This document shows positions 13,724 to 28,332 of a stretch of 64,000 nt of DNA, piece after piece (the stretch's first letter is position 1; each line of letters begins with the position of its first letter). Origin of the DNA: the human T2T-CHM13v2.0 reference genome, Homo sapiens; NCBI RefSeq assembly GCF_009914755.1, contig NC_060930.1. One strand, given 5' to 3'. Under the pieces are notes generated by a model. The model had not been told where the DNA came from. It saw nothing but the letters and a program-made list of their open reading frames with translations, and made no database searches. A program made the position numbers and the translations under genes.

Positions 13724-15062
13724 GCTTTTGCAAGGAAAGCTTACCTTCCTGGTACTTGTTATAGCTGTAATCCACACTCCCTTTACAGCTAGGGTATAAT
13801 TCCTTCTTTTCTAAAATATCAAGCATGTGGAATTGTGTCCGGCCCAGAGCTTTCCCACAGTAGCTGTCTAGGGGTGCGCTTTCGACACGCGCTCCCGGCT
13901 CCGCGCAGTGGCTGTTTCTGGATGAGTCTGGAGACTCCGCCTGCAGTCCTGTGCTGGCTCCACCTTGGCAGGGGTGGAGCTCAGGAATGTTGAGTGGTCC
14001 CGAAAATCCAGGTGGAACACAAGACTTCTAGTCCGGAAAAAAACCCCACATGCCTCAAATAGCCAATAGCGTGGTGGGGGGCTGGGGTTAGCGGAATTTG
14101 TAACCCGCTCACTTGGGAGGCAGCGGCCTGCAGGATCCACGTCTGCATTCTCCAGCTTTGTTCCTTTCTTCCCTCTGGGTGGGCTACCTTCGCTTCCCAG
14201 TTGATCACCTCAGAGCTGTACGCCTGGGTGTAGATGTCGAATACATTGATCTTATTTTTATCTGTTTTTATTTTTATGGTACACAGACGACAGGGAATCA
14301 TTGGGCATCTTTGAAGTATAATAAATCGGATCTATTTTTCCCCAAATGGTTCCCATGGCAGGGGCTGGCGATACCTTGACCGACATCCAACAGACTGTAT
14401 GTAGTCGATGAGGGAAAACCAAGGAGCGACGAGGGACAGGAACTCCGAGCAGGTGCTCAAAGAAAATCTGTGCTGTGCTGGGCTGGGGTGGTCACTTTCT
14501 TCTCAGAGATGCAGAGTGCTACACGGCGAGTGGGAGGGTGGGCTCCCACTCCCTGTTACAGGAGCCGAGGGAAGTTAATTTTATGACAAGAAGACCTCTC
14601 GGCTTCTTGTAACTGGGGATTCAACCTCGGAAAAAAGGAAAGCCGATGACGCGAACCTAGAGAAGCTAAAAAGAGAAGCTAGAAGCAGGAACGAGAGACT
14701 TTTGGGGAACAGATCCGGGCTTGGAGAGGAAATCGCAAAGCGTCAGTCAGCCGAAGGAAGGTTCTGATACCCAGCGGAATTTATAGAAAATAAATTCAGA
14801 AACAGAGAAAGAAGGAGAGTGGTGGGCAGTCTGTCCTTAACGAGGAGTTATATCCGCCTGTCAGGGATCCCATCGTCCCTGGTCCTGAATCTTATTGGCG
14901 TTTAATCTGTAACGCCAGTCCTGAACGACAGTCTCAGAAATCCTTCAAACTCATGTGCCACACACAGAAACCGAGATACTTTTTTCTCTTTTGTTATAGA
15001 GGCTCCTTGAGAGAGAAATGAATATACAAAAATGTCTCAGCAGAAAGTACTGAAAAGCAATC

Positions 15063-16022
15063 TGTGGGGAAAAGAAAGAGAGATCAGACTGTTACTGTGT
15101 CTATGTCGGAAGAAGTAGACAAAGAGACTCCATTTTGTTCTGTACTAAGAAAAATTCTTTTGCCTTGAGATGCTGTTAATCTGTAACCCTACCCCCAACC
15201 CTGTGCTCGCAGAAACATGTGCTGTGTCGACTCAAGGTTTAATGGATTTAGGGATATGCAGGATGTGTTTGTTAAACAAATGCTTGAAGGCAGCATGCTT
15301 GTTAAAACTCATCACCACTCCCTAATCTCAAGTACCCAGGGACACAAAACACTGTGGAAGGCCGCAGGGACCTCTGCCTAGGAAAGCCAGGTATTGTCCA
15401 AGATTTCTCCCCATGTACTATTCTGAAATATGGCCTGGTGGGAAGGGAAAGACCTGACCGTCCCCCAGCCGGACAGCCGTAAAGGGTCTGTGCTGAGGAG
15501 GATTAGTAAAAGAGGAAGTCCTCTTTGCAGTTGAGATAAGAGGAAGGCATCTGTCTCCTGCTCCTCCCTGGGCAATGGAATGTCTTGGTGTAAAACCCGA
15601 TTGTATATTCTATCTACTGAGATAGGAGAAAACCGCCTTACGGCTGGAGGTGAGACATGCTGCCTGCAATACTGCTCTTTAATGCACTGAGATGTTTATG
15701 TATGTGCACATCAAAGCACAGCACTTTTTTCTTAACCTTGTATATGATACAGAGACATTTGTTCACATGTTTTCCTGCTGACCCTTTCCCCACCACTACC
15801 CTGTTGTCCTGCCACATCCCCCTCTCCGAGATGGTAGAGATAATGATCAATAAATACTGAGGGAACTCAGAGACCCGGGCTGCGCGGGTCCTCCGTAAGC
15901 TGAACACCGGTCCCCTGGGCCCACTTTTCTTTCTCTATACTTTGTCTCTGTCTCTTTTCTCAGTCTCTCGTCCCACCCGACGAGAAACGCCCACAGGTGT
16001 GGAGGGACAGGCCACCCTTTCA
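15063..16022 (+). mobile_element. HERV-K(HML-2) solo LTR, LTR5B/LTR5A-like
   Basis: Starts TGTGGGGAAAAGAAAGAGAGATCAGACTG, ends GGCCACCCTTTCA; ~960 bp; flanks CAATC/CGATC; empty site (CCATC) in paralogs near 4470 and 37952. Confidence 0.92.
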
Positions 16023-16745
16023 CGATCCCACCCCATCCATTCTCAGAGCCTGAAATCAAGCTAGTCAGAGGAAGGGATTTACAGAGCGGGACTGCATTGT
16101 GGGACAATCCCTGCATTTTGGCTCTCCCTCACACCCTCTTCAGATTGGGCCCAAGCCTCACATTCTGAGGATGATACTCAGGACATGAGGGCGCCCTGAA
16201 AAAGGGCTGATCCCTCCGCAAACTCAGAGTGAGGCACACAGCCTGGAGGAAATGAGAAAATTATCACAAGTCTTTCAGATTCACAAATGCCATGTTCCCT
16301 TTGTTTTAAGGCCACGAAGGTCAAGTAAGGACCCAAATAACTACCAAACATCTCAGAGAACGCTTTGGGTAAGAGTGCGGAGACAATTGCCTTGTTCCCA
16401 TTACAGTTTGCAGTTATTAATTTCATGGAAGAGAGCACGTCACACCGGGGGCAAGACACAGTAGGAACTGCCAGATTAAGTAGCACAGATATCCCGGAAA
16501 GTTTTGCGGCTCTTGTATTTTAAGGAAGTTATGATTACTGACTGACTGTTGATGAGTCAACAGTTGATGAGGAGGAGGTTTTGGGGCTGGCCATTCCAGG
16601 CTCCATGTTCACACCACGGCACCACCATTCCTAGGGTGTCTAGACATGTATAAGTGCAAAAACCGTGTATGTAGAGAAAATGATTTATTTAAATGTCACA
16701 GCACTTGTAAGTTTAAAAATTTCAATAAACACTTTTTGTTTTTGA

Positions 16746-16874
<129 letters not shown>

Positions 16875-18718
16875 TAGTAGAGACGGGGTTTCGCCATGTT
16901 GGCCAGGCTGGTCTCAAACTCCTGGCCTCCAGTGATTCGCCCCGCCCCCGCCTCGGCCTCCCACCGAGCCTGGCCTAATAAGCACTTTTTTTAAGTTTTA
17001 TCATTGTAATTAAATATTTCAGGCTTTAAATAGGAAAGGGAATGAGATAATTTTTGTTCGTTTTTCCAGGTTGCTGAACAAAATAATTACCAGAAAGAAA
17101 TCAACATTTAGCTTTAATTTTTGATGCTACAAGACCCCTCTGGAGACAGTGTTCACGCAGTATCTGGAGAGTGTTGTTTAGGCTCCTGCTTCCTCACGCA
17201 GTCCCCTCCAACAATGCTGTTGGTCCATTGTGCTTCCCACTGTCCTTAGTCCATCTCATCCATGAATAGGCCATCAGCTCCCCCAGAGCAGCAGCGGTGG
17301 GCTTTCCTTTGAAATCTGGAGGGTCTGGAGGGCTGCGCAAACTTCCCTTGACTTAGTTATCTCAGAGCATTGTGATGGAAAAGAAACATCCCATGCAAGT
17401 GGACAGCACTAGGTTGTGAACTGGAAGGAAGGTGGGAAAGGAGAGATACCCATTACGCATTTCACTTTCTTGAACTCAGCAGCAGAGAGAATGATGAAAT
17501 CAATAGCTTGAGAGAACTAGGAAATTTTAGGGCCATGTTTGCATGTGTGTATGTACCTATTGTTAACAAATTGGTAATAGATCATAAATATGATCTAATA
17601 TTAACTTTTTTTCTGATTGTCACCCATACAAAAAAAATTTCTCTTAATGGCTGATTATAAATAATAAAGTAAAATCTACAGATTTTTATGTTTTTTAAGA
17701 CTCTTTTCATCCATAAAAGGTCCCTGGTCTTTCTTTTATGGATATTATTTTTTAAAATTGATAGACATTATTTTTTAGAGAAGTTCTGGGTTTAAAGAAA
17801 AATTGATCAGAATAGATAGAATTTCCATAAACTCCATCACTCTCCCTCTCTTACAATTTTCCCTATTATTAACATCTTGCATCAGCGTGGTGCATTTGTT
17901 ACAACTGGTAAACCAGTAATTATCAATACATTATTGTTAACTAAAGTCCACAGTTTACATTACAGTTTGCTCTTTGTGTTATACATCCTGGGTTTTTTTT
18001 TTTTAAACAAATGTATAATGACATATATTTACCATTATAGTATCATAAAGAGTTAATGCCAGTTAGTTGTTGAAGGAACTGGGCCTTTTATCCTTAGAAA
18101 CACCTCTATGTTGTATTTATTTCATTGTATCTATTTCCTGCCCCTTGACATGTTTCTTCATCTACTCTATTTCTTGTAAACTGGTAGTTACAAGTAGAGG
18201 CTCACTTAGATTCAGCTTCAAATCTTTTAACAAGACAATTTGATAGGTGGGCTTGTGCACTTTCCATTGCTTCGCTTTATGAGGTACATAATGTCTGGTT
18301 CTCCAACTTTTAGTCACCAATATTAGCACTAATGTGTGTTTCAGCTGCCATTCATAAATACATGTATATATAACTCGTATACTTATGTGAATATATATAT
18401 TTATATGTTGATAAAATGATACACAAAAATTAGAAAATAACATTGAAAGAATGAACATAAAAGTAAACAAGAAGAGATTAACTCTCGAATGCACAGTTTA
18501 GAAAAGAATCAAAAGTATATCTTTGAGCTCCTTAGAATATAATGAAAATGGGGGCTTATAACGACATATTTCTAAGGATTCTGTAGAAACTGCTTTCTCA
18601 TTTTAAATTACACCTTTTAATACCCAAGTTACAAAACATTAGAAGCAATCAGTGCATCAAATATAAGAAGTAAGAAAAAGAAGAAAAGAAGAAGCAGAAG
18701 CAGAAGAAGGAAAAGGAT

Positions 18719-18752
<34 letters not shown>

Positions 18753-18765
18753 AGAAGAAGAAGAA

Positions 18766-18812
<47 letters not shown>

Positions 18813-19569
18813 ATAAGAAGAAGACGGTAGCCCAAAAGAAAACCAGAAAATAGAATGGTGAAGGAAACACAGGAATTAACTAGAAAATTGGAAAATCTGC
18901 TTGGTCATTTGAAAACAAATGGAAAATTGTCAGTCAAATGTCAATGATAATAATAATAATAAGGGGCTATGGAGAAAGCACAAAGGAAAACCAAAAAACA
19001 TTAGTGAATGCTATTGTTAAGATTTTAGAAATGTGGCAGGTAATTTTTTTAAGTATTGCTTTGTGTTTGATCTCCGTTTCCTTATACTACTCACCTCATC
19101 TGTTCAAGGCAGTAACCGTATTTTATAGAACCTTAACTCTAAACATGGTGATGAAGTGAGTTAAACACAGTCTACATAGACAGTGTTTCGGTACTCAGGA
19201 AGCTCCCATTCTAGGGGAGAGAAAAACAAACCAATAATTCAAAGACATACTTTCCGGAGGAGACGATATTTGTGAAGATGTAATAGGAACTGAGAGATCG
19301 TGTGGGCATCACTTTTAGCTGTACTTGTCTAAAGACGGGAAATTTGCACTGACACCTGAGTACCTAGAAGTGCCAAACCTGTGGCAGGAGTGGAAAAGAA
19401 GGAAGGATGGAAGCAGGGGCAACAAGACTCTTACACGGGGATCAATAAAACACGGGCTCTAGGGAGGCGGCAGTTTCCTCTGATCTTCTCCCAGGTAAGA
19501 GGCACCGATGTCATCAACAGGAGAAACAACGGGGAATACAAACTAAGAGACATAAACCAGACAAGAAAC

Positions 19570-19643
19570 TGGAGAATGCGGGCGTCGATCTCGCTACCTC
19601 TCGCATAGCTAAGCGAGCGCTCCACCGCCTGAGCTAATTCCCC
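19570..19643 (-). tRNA. tRNA-Ala-derived gene with 8-nt anticodon loop (probable pseudogene)
   Basis: 74 nt; versus 914-986 it has A21G, an extra T in the anticodon loop (TTAGCTAT) and G52A in the T stem. Confidence 0.8.
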
Positions 19644-20282
19644 AGAGGAGAAACTTTTCACCCCACCCATTTTCCTGGTTATTAGGAGCATGCCGGTGCT
19701 TTGTGTCGCCAAACCCCTGGCAGGACCAGATTGAGGGCCGAGCTTCTCAGATACTGCCTTCAGCAAAGTTCTATGAGCCTGCCAGTGCGAAGAATAGGGA
19801 TTTCCAAAGAAGGTCATGAGGGAGACCTCTCTCCTCACTTCCCAATTTCGCCTTCTTCATCTCTCGGAATCAGAGAGCACATTCTGGATGGAGAAGCACC
19901 ACCCGGAACTGCCTGGCTTGGGGGCACAGCTATTCCAGCACGCTCTAGAGTTGTGATCGTCACCTGCTCCTTGCCGCCACCGCCGCCCGGAAGTGGTGGG
20001 GCAGCTTCTCCCAGCCCCAGAGCTTCACGGCATAGCCGCATCTTCAATAGCACTTTCCTCCTGTAGGACTCAGAAAGTGATGGAGAACCTTGGAGGAGTT
20101 GAGAAAGAGAAAGCTTGAGAATTTTCATCTCAATCTGTGGATTCATTCCTGAAGCACTTCTTCAGCACCAGGCACAGTGGATGAGGCCAATAATCCTCAT
20201 AGATACTGCCACAACAATAACGAGTACTGTGCAACTGTCATCTAGGCCAGATACCATTGGTAGCCTAGGGATTAAAAGAAGC

Positions 20283-20355
20283 TGGAGAATGCAGGCGTCG
20301 ATCCTGCTACCTCTTGCATGCTAAGCAGGCACCCTACCGCTTGAGCTAATCCCCC
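20283..20355 (-). tRNA. TRA-AGC: degenerate tRNA-Ala-AGC
   Basis: GGGGGATTAGCTCAAGCGGTAGGGTGCCTGCTTAGCATGCAAGAGGTAGCAGGATCGACGCCTGCATTCTCCA; weakened D stem, C28-A42 mismatch; T4 downstream. Confidence 0.8.
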
Positions 20356-20829
20356 ACACTACACTTGTCTTTTCTGCCAATTTTTATAACCGGGACACAA
20401 ATATCGTCTTATGTCCCACTTAAGTTTCCAGGTTTTCGAACACCTCCGGAAACTTCCCTACCAAGGCGAAGCCAGGAGTGAAGCTTCTGGGAGACAGCCT
20501 CAGACCTGGAAGGCAGTGACCATCCTCTGCTTTTTCAATCTGAGTCCTGATCCTGAGAAAGAGAGAAAAGATCTCATTAGGAAAGCACTAGTTCTAATCT
20601 GATTTCACTCTCCCATTACATGAAAGAGAAGGAAGTACCGTCCCTAATTAGCAGTTACCTCAAATGCTCTGTTGAATGCATCACTTTTTAAGAACACAAA
20701 CCTGGAAATAAACCCAAGTATCTTTTCACTGATTGATCCTTCAAGTAACTTATCTTTATCTAATATCTGTGTTACTAATTGTTTCTCCATTCAGGGGAGT
20801 TGAGATCTGTTGTTACCTATTAATCCTTG

Positions 20830-22520
20830 ATAGATTTAATTTGCATTTTTGTACTGATTAATGTTGTTGAACATCTTTTAGTGTGCCTATTGGCCATATA
20901 AGCATCTTATATTGTGAAATGCCTGCTCAAGTTTTTTGCCCTTATCCTTACTGAGTGTTTGTATCACTGAGTTCTAAAATGTGTTCTATATTCTCCATAA
21001 AAGTCCTTTGTTATATGTGTATCCATAACACATATGTTGTATAACAACTATGTGTGCATATAACATATATTACATTTCTTTTCAAGTCTATGTCTTGCCT
21101 TTTCATTTTCTTAATATTGTCTTTCAAATAAAAACATTTTGATATTTTATAAAATCCAGTGTATCTTTTTTTGTAAGGGCTCATGCTTTTCTGGTCCCTT
21201 CTGAAAAAGCTTTGCCTACATCAAATATGTGTAGACTTCTTTTCTTCTTTTCTTCTACAAGTTTGATATCTTTAACGTTAAGCTTTTTGTATATAAACTA
21301 TTTTGATTTAACTGTTGTACAGGATGTGAGGTAAGGGTAGGGAATCATTTTTTCCATACTCAGTTGCCTGGGACCATTTGTTTAAAAAAACATTTTACCT
21401 CTGTCATAAATCAGTTGACCACATACATTGGTCTATTTCTGGACTATCTATTCTATTCCATCAATCTGGGTAAGTATCCTTGAGACAATACCACATTATT
21501 TTGATTACCTTAGCTTTATAGTAAGTCTTGAAATTACTTGGTGTAAGTCCTCTAACTTTGTTTTTCTTTTCCTAATTATTTAGGTTACTCTAAGTCCTTC
21601 AGAATAAGCTTGTCAATTTCTGTAAAAACAAACAAACAAAACAAAACAAAAACTCCTGCTGGGATATTTGTTGGGATTGTACTAAATCTATAGATCAACT
21701 CAGAGAAAAAAAAAGTTATCTAAATAATATTAAATTTCTCAATCTGTAAATATGGCAAACACCACCAATTATTCAGGTTTTCCTGAGTTTTTCTCAGCAA
21801 TCTTTAGTAGATTTCTAGGTACAAGTCTTGTGCACATTGACAAGTTTATCTCTAAATATTTCATTTGTTTTAAACCTATTGAAAGTGGTAATTTAATTTT
21901 CCATTTTTTTGATGCTAGTACATAGAAATACAATTAATTTTTGTATATTGTAATCTGTGACATAGCTGCATTTACTTATAATGCTTATTTTTGTAGATGC
22001 ATTAGGATTTTTTGTGTATCTGATCATGTTGCTTGCAAACGAATATATTTTTCTTATTCTAAAGTGAGTATGCCATTTATTCTTCATTCATGCGTTCCTT
22101 ACTTTCTGACACTAGCTAGGACTTTCAGTAAAATGTAGAAGTAGTAAGGACAGATATTTTGCACTTTTCTCCAATATTAAAGGGTACATATTTATTCTTC
22201 CACTATTAACTCTATTGCTAGTTGTAGGACTTTCTTAAACGCCCATTATTCATCTGAGGAATTTTCCTTCTATTCTTAGCTTACTGGGATATTTTTTAAA
22301 CACCACGAATGAATGGCAAATTTGGTCCAATATTTCTTCTGCATCTAGTGAGATGATTACATGTATTTTTTGTTTTGTTAATGTGGTATATTACATTTAA
22401 TTGACTTTTCAATGCCTAACTAATTTTTTATTCCCGAGGCAATCTCCCCTAACTCATGGTGCATTATGCTTTACAGATAATGCTGGATTCAATTTGTTAA
22501 TATTTTAATTCAGTATCTGT
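20830..22520 (-). mobile_element. old L1M fragment (copy ~44460-46155)
   Basis: T-rich antisense ORF2-like motifs: ctttatagtaagtcttgaaat, gggattgtactaaatctatagatcaa; boundaries approximate. Confidence 0.7.
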
Positions 22521-25244
22521 TGGTAAATGTGTCAGAGAAGGGTCTCCAAGTGTGGAACGCGCCGCTTTCACAGCTCAGAGAAACATGGTGAGCACAGTGC
22601 TCCCTTCTAAGTGACGGGAGCTTCGAGATACAACAATGAGACTTTACTTTGGAGGAAATGTCTCAGAATTTCACAGATCCTAAAAACTTTCATTCACGAA
22701 CCAGGTCGATGAATGGTTTCTGTGTTTCTCTCCCACCCTCTGGAGCATGCAGGGCTTAACAAAATCTGCAACTTACTTGACACTTCTTGCTCATCGAAGA
22801 TTTAAATGATACTATCAATACAGTGTACCAATGTTTTGCTGTTGGTGCAGACAGTTCAATTCTCTTTGGACTAGATTAGGAAAAATTGGGGGACTTGATA
22901 TACCTCTGGAGTAAGAACATAAATGCATACTTTTGTCTAGTCCATGTGAATATGAACTGTTTCTGTTCTTTCTTCCTGATAACAATAGAAAAAATGCATT
23001 CCCCAAATCAAAGACTGCATGCCAAAGACCATGTAATTTTTGCTTTTATGTTCATATTGTTTATAACATGATTACTTTATTAACTTTACATTCCAATTCT
23101 ATTTTCTTATGTATTCAAGTGAAAAGTGTTAATTATGAGAAATTCTGCACTATGGCACTGCTAATATTGCAATCTATATCCCAGACTTCGTTTTACCGAC
23201 AGAAGAAAGCATACCCTCATCAATTTGTCATGTCTTCGGAAGAAGGGACATGGGTTTGTAGTGGAATTCATGACTTTTTCTGCCTGAACATTAATTAGCA
23301 GAAGCATGTTCCATTTCTTTATATAGACCCACTCTTAGAACCAAGGTGAACTGAGTGAAAAAGATACTTGCCTTTATATTTCTCTTATCAAACTAACCAT
23401 TCTTGAATCTACCTTTATCACTTTTCTCCCAGGACCTCCTAGTGGAAGAAACTGTGAAAATGGCTGGTGTCACTTCAGACGCAAAAGGAAAAGTGGCACA
23501 TCATGTTCAGAATCCGATTAAATAGTGTCAGCAATTATTACCTCTGCTTAAAGGATTCAGAGCTGAGTTTGTTCAGCTACCCTGCCCTGACTAATGGCAT
23601 CATGCAGGTGTACTTAGAAGTAAATTTAAAACTCCCCGTTACTTTAGGATCACATATCTCCTAGGGTAATTGCAGGAGTGATTGGGAAAGAGCAGTCTAC
23701 TCTGAGGAGGTCAGATGGAGACCAAGTGAATCCTGTAAAATACAAGTAATGTCATATGACAAAAACGCAAATCCAACACTACTAAGTCTTGGATTTCTTC
23801 TTTGTTTCCTTGATTAATTTTCTTGCTTCGCTCCAAAAATCATAGCATAAAGCAAATTATTGTTCTACCTATTGCTTTCCACTTTACTCATCTTTCATCT
23901 GGTGTCTGTGTGATTATGTCTCCATTAGAGACTGAGACCTGTTATTACCTATTAAATCCCTTCATTCCAGGATGTGGAACTAATTAGATAAGTTTCAGAT
24001 TGTTGAATTTAGTGGTTATTTTAGAGGTAATTAGATCGTTAAATTTAACACTTGTAGCTCCACATGATGATGGAGTGCAAATATCTATTTATTCATAAAT
24101 ATCCATAGGCAGGGATCAGAACCAACATTGAGAAGACCCACTCCCTCCAAACAAGACGACCAAGAAAACAAATTGATTCTACTACCTTGGATTTATTAAA
24201 CTTGCTGAGCAAAGAGCCGTACCTCTATGGAGTCCCAGTACTGCCTAAAACAAGGGTGAGTCAGAGACCAGAATTTAAAGGGTCTGGGGACTGGAGCTAT
24301 TCATAGGACACTTTTAGGGGGAAAGTTAGTAAGGTCCTTCTGAGGAGGGACTAGACAATTTCTAAACTAGGCGAATCATAGGTTTATTCCGTGGAACTTA
24401 GCTGCTGGAACATGAAGATCTGCCCAGTTGCTGGATCCGTTTGGCTTTGGTCTTACCTTGGATCATCGGGTCTGAGTAAACTGATGTTAAAACAACTTGA
24501 GCTTAGTGTGGCATGGCAGGGTTTGTAGACTTGTCCTGTGCTGTAAGTCACAGGGCTTTTGCAACTTCTGTGTTTGTTCATTTCTCAATTTGTCCTTTTT
24601 CCTCACCAACAGGACTGCCCGAGTTCAACTTACAGTATAGCTACTGGAACTTAGCTCTGAAAAGGCCCTCTGCAAATCTAGAACACTCGTTTTTTTTTTT
24701 CCAAATAAGAAAGTTGAGGAGCAAAACGACGTGTCTAACGTCACACATTGAGCTAAAGACAGATGGGATCTGACATGCATTGTCAGCACAAATACAGCGC
24801 TTTTAAAAATCATACGGATTTTGTGTCGTGAGGCACTCAGGACTCAGCTGATCTCGGCGTTCAGTCGTGCGTGATTTTGGATTTGCACCTCGCCCTTGGG
24901 CAAGTGCAGAATCCTGGGGTTATACAAAGCACATCACAGTTAACCCCTTTGTCCCAGTCCGCAGAATGAGAGCTCGGAGCCCGGCCATGGGTGGCTCGGT
25001 TATATAGGCAGGAAAATCAAGGAACCCAGGTGTGAGCAGGGGCGTTTGTGGCGCGGAGAGAGCTCCTGTCCTTGCCGTCCACCTATTTCTCAGGCTTGGC
25101 CCCTGGCGTGTAGAAAACCGCATCTCCGGAAAACCCAGAAAGTTACGTCGCCCAGGTACTCTCTTGTCATTCTCCGGGATGTAAAAGACTCAGGGTCTCT
25201 TCACGGATCACTGAAACCGCCTTCTCCGAGGCCTCCAGGGTGAC

Positions 25245-25479
25245 TAAAGAGAGGGTGGGTGTTCTGTGTTCTCCCGCCGGTGTGTTCCTCTTCATGTCCA
25301 ACCGCTTGTGTCTGTGCCCGCTAGGGTCTCGGGGGTTTTTATAGGCACAGGATGGGGGCGTGGCGGGCCAGGGTGGTCTTGGGAAATGCAACATTTGGGC
25401 GCGGAGGAAGAAGTGCCCCTCCTCACCTAGGTTCATGGGCACAGGCCCGGGGGTGGAGTCTTGCTCCCCTCCCGTATCA
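25245..25479 (-). mobile_element. ERV1 LTR fragment, LTR1/LTR27/MER52 group (copy ~49275-49513)
   Basis: Minus strand starts TGATA and contains gcctataaaaac TATA; family assignment from recall. Confidence 0.55.
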
Positions 25480-26922
25480 GTACCAGGGTTAGTGCTCTGC
25501 TTTATGGCCGCAGCAATCTCAGACACTTCCGAAGCGTGTTTTTTTTCTTGTTCCTTTTCGGGCGCCAGCTTTCAAACCAGACCAAAGGTGTGTGTTTTTC
25601 CCCGATTGTCTCCCAGCCTTCTTTCCTTTTCGCCTCTACTCAAGGCTGTGTCCACAATTAAGCTCTCAGGAGGAGGAGGCCTCCAGCTGCCTCAAGGAAG
25701 GGCATTTCTCGCAGTGCAAAGTGCGGAAGAGGGGAGCCATACCGACTGAAGTATTAACCAGAGTCGGTTTGCACAGAGGCGGCAATGGATAGAATTTCAG
25801 AAGTGAGGCGGAAAGACAGGCCAGCCCTGTGAAAGATGGATTGGAGAGAGGTGAGAATCTAGTTCAAAAGCCGGGAGAAGGAACAGGACATTAGCACAAT
25901 AGTCTAGGCAGAGAGCTGGACCATCTGTAATACAGCAAGGGGGTTGGTTGAGACTTCTTTTATTTAATTATTCGAAACGTATCTATTGAGCTATTTATTA
26001 GTCCCTGGGTACTGTGGGTGTTCCTGCGTATTCAACCACCTTGTCGACGCTGCAGGATGCGGCCCCATTACCCAGGACCCAAAGAACTTCCAAAAATGAA
26101 TCCCGAGGAACAGCTGTTTCTCTACTGGAGAAGTGGGCAGCCAGGCGGAAACACGCAGGGAAATAGTTCTCTTTGGGACAGAAGGCATCAACCTCGTAAG
26201 ACCCAGCGATCAGCAGAGCTCCCGGAGAGTGTTTCTTAATCTAAAGGTCATGAGTCGGGCTGCAAAGTTGTCTTGTCGTGCGTAAAATACCAATGGACTT
26301 ATACCTGTTTCATCGAGAAGGAATACAATGCGAACACAAAGACTGTAATGGAACGTATTTCTCTAAAGTGTCCTTTTCAGATAGAAATACGAGAGCGTTT
26401 TCCTGAGTTTTCTAAAAATGGGGTGGGGTAGGGATCAAATACTCACTTCTGGGAAACATGGGCTAATACAGTGGGAATCGTGCTGGAAGTTACGAGCAGA
26501 GGAGCCTGGGTGGGGACTTATATTGGCCTTGACGGCCCGTGGAAAGAAACTGGCGGTAATTCCTTCCGTTTTCCGTCAATTTCTTCACGGGTTGCTCAGA
26601 AGCTACGGAAGCAAAGTAGAAAGGAGTGAGAAGGGCAGGCCAAAGTACCGGCGGAAGGTGATGGCGTTGCGTTTAAAAGGGTGGTCACTGAAACCCCTTG
26701 TCATGAAACAGTGAAGCAGGTGACATTTGAACTTTCCTTCCTCAGAATTGTATTTTAATTGAAATGTCAGGGTTCGGAGAAATTTGCCGAGGATCATAAA
26801 CAAGTTAGCAAAGATCGCAGGTTCTTTCCAGTTCCGAGAAGTTCAGAAAAGTTTCTTTGGTGATTGAAATAACGTTCGCCTTTAAACTTCTCAAGAGGTT
26901 TAGGGGGGGTTTTAGTAAGCGG

Positions 26923-26996
26923 GGCCGGTTAGCTCAGTTGGTTAGAGCGTGGTGCTAATAACGCTAAGGTCGCGGGTTCGATCCCCGTACTGGCCA
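26923..26996 (+). tRNA. TRI-AAT: tRNA-Ile, anticodon AAT
   Basis: GGCCGGTTAGCTCAGTTGGTTAGAGCGTGGTGCTAATAACGCTAAGGTCGCGGGTTCGATCCCCGTACTGGCCA; canonical A and B boxes; extra G-U in anticodon stem (CGCTA rather than CGCCA). Confidence 0.93.
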
Positions 26997-27028
26997 CACG
27001 TGACTTTCTAATGTTCATCTTACAGTAA

Positions 27029-28332
<1,304 letters not shown>

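Noticed and set aside
15063-16022. Full HERV-K provirus or human-specific LTR5_Hs
   Set aside because: No primer-binding site or gag follows; terminal sequences fit the older LTR5A/B type.
18629-18870. Poly-Leu/poly-Phe ORFs (also Lys/Arg-rich ORFs at 47936-48151 and 61231-61465)
   Set aside because: Translations of microsatellites and Alu tails.
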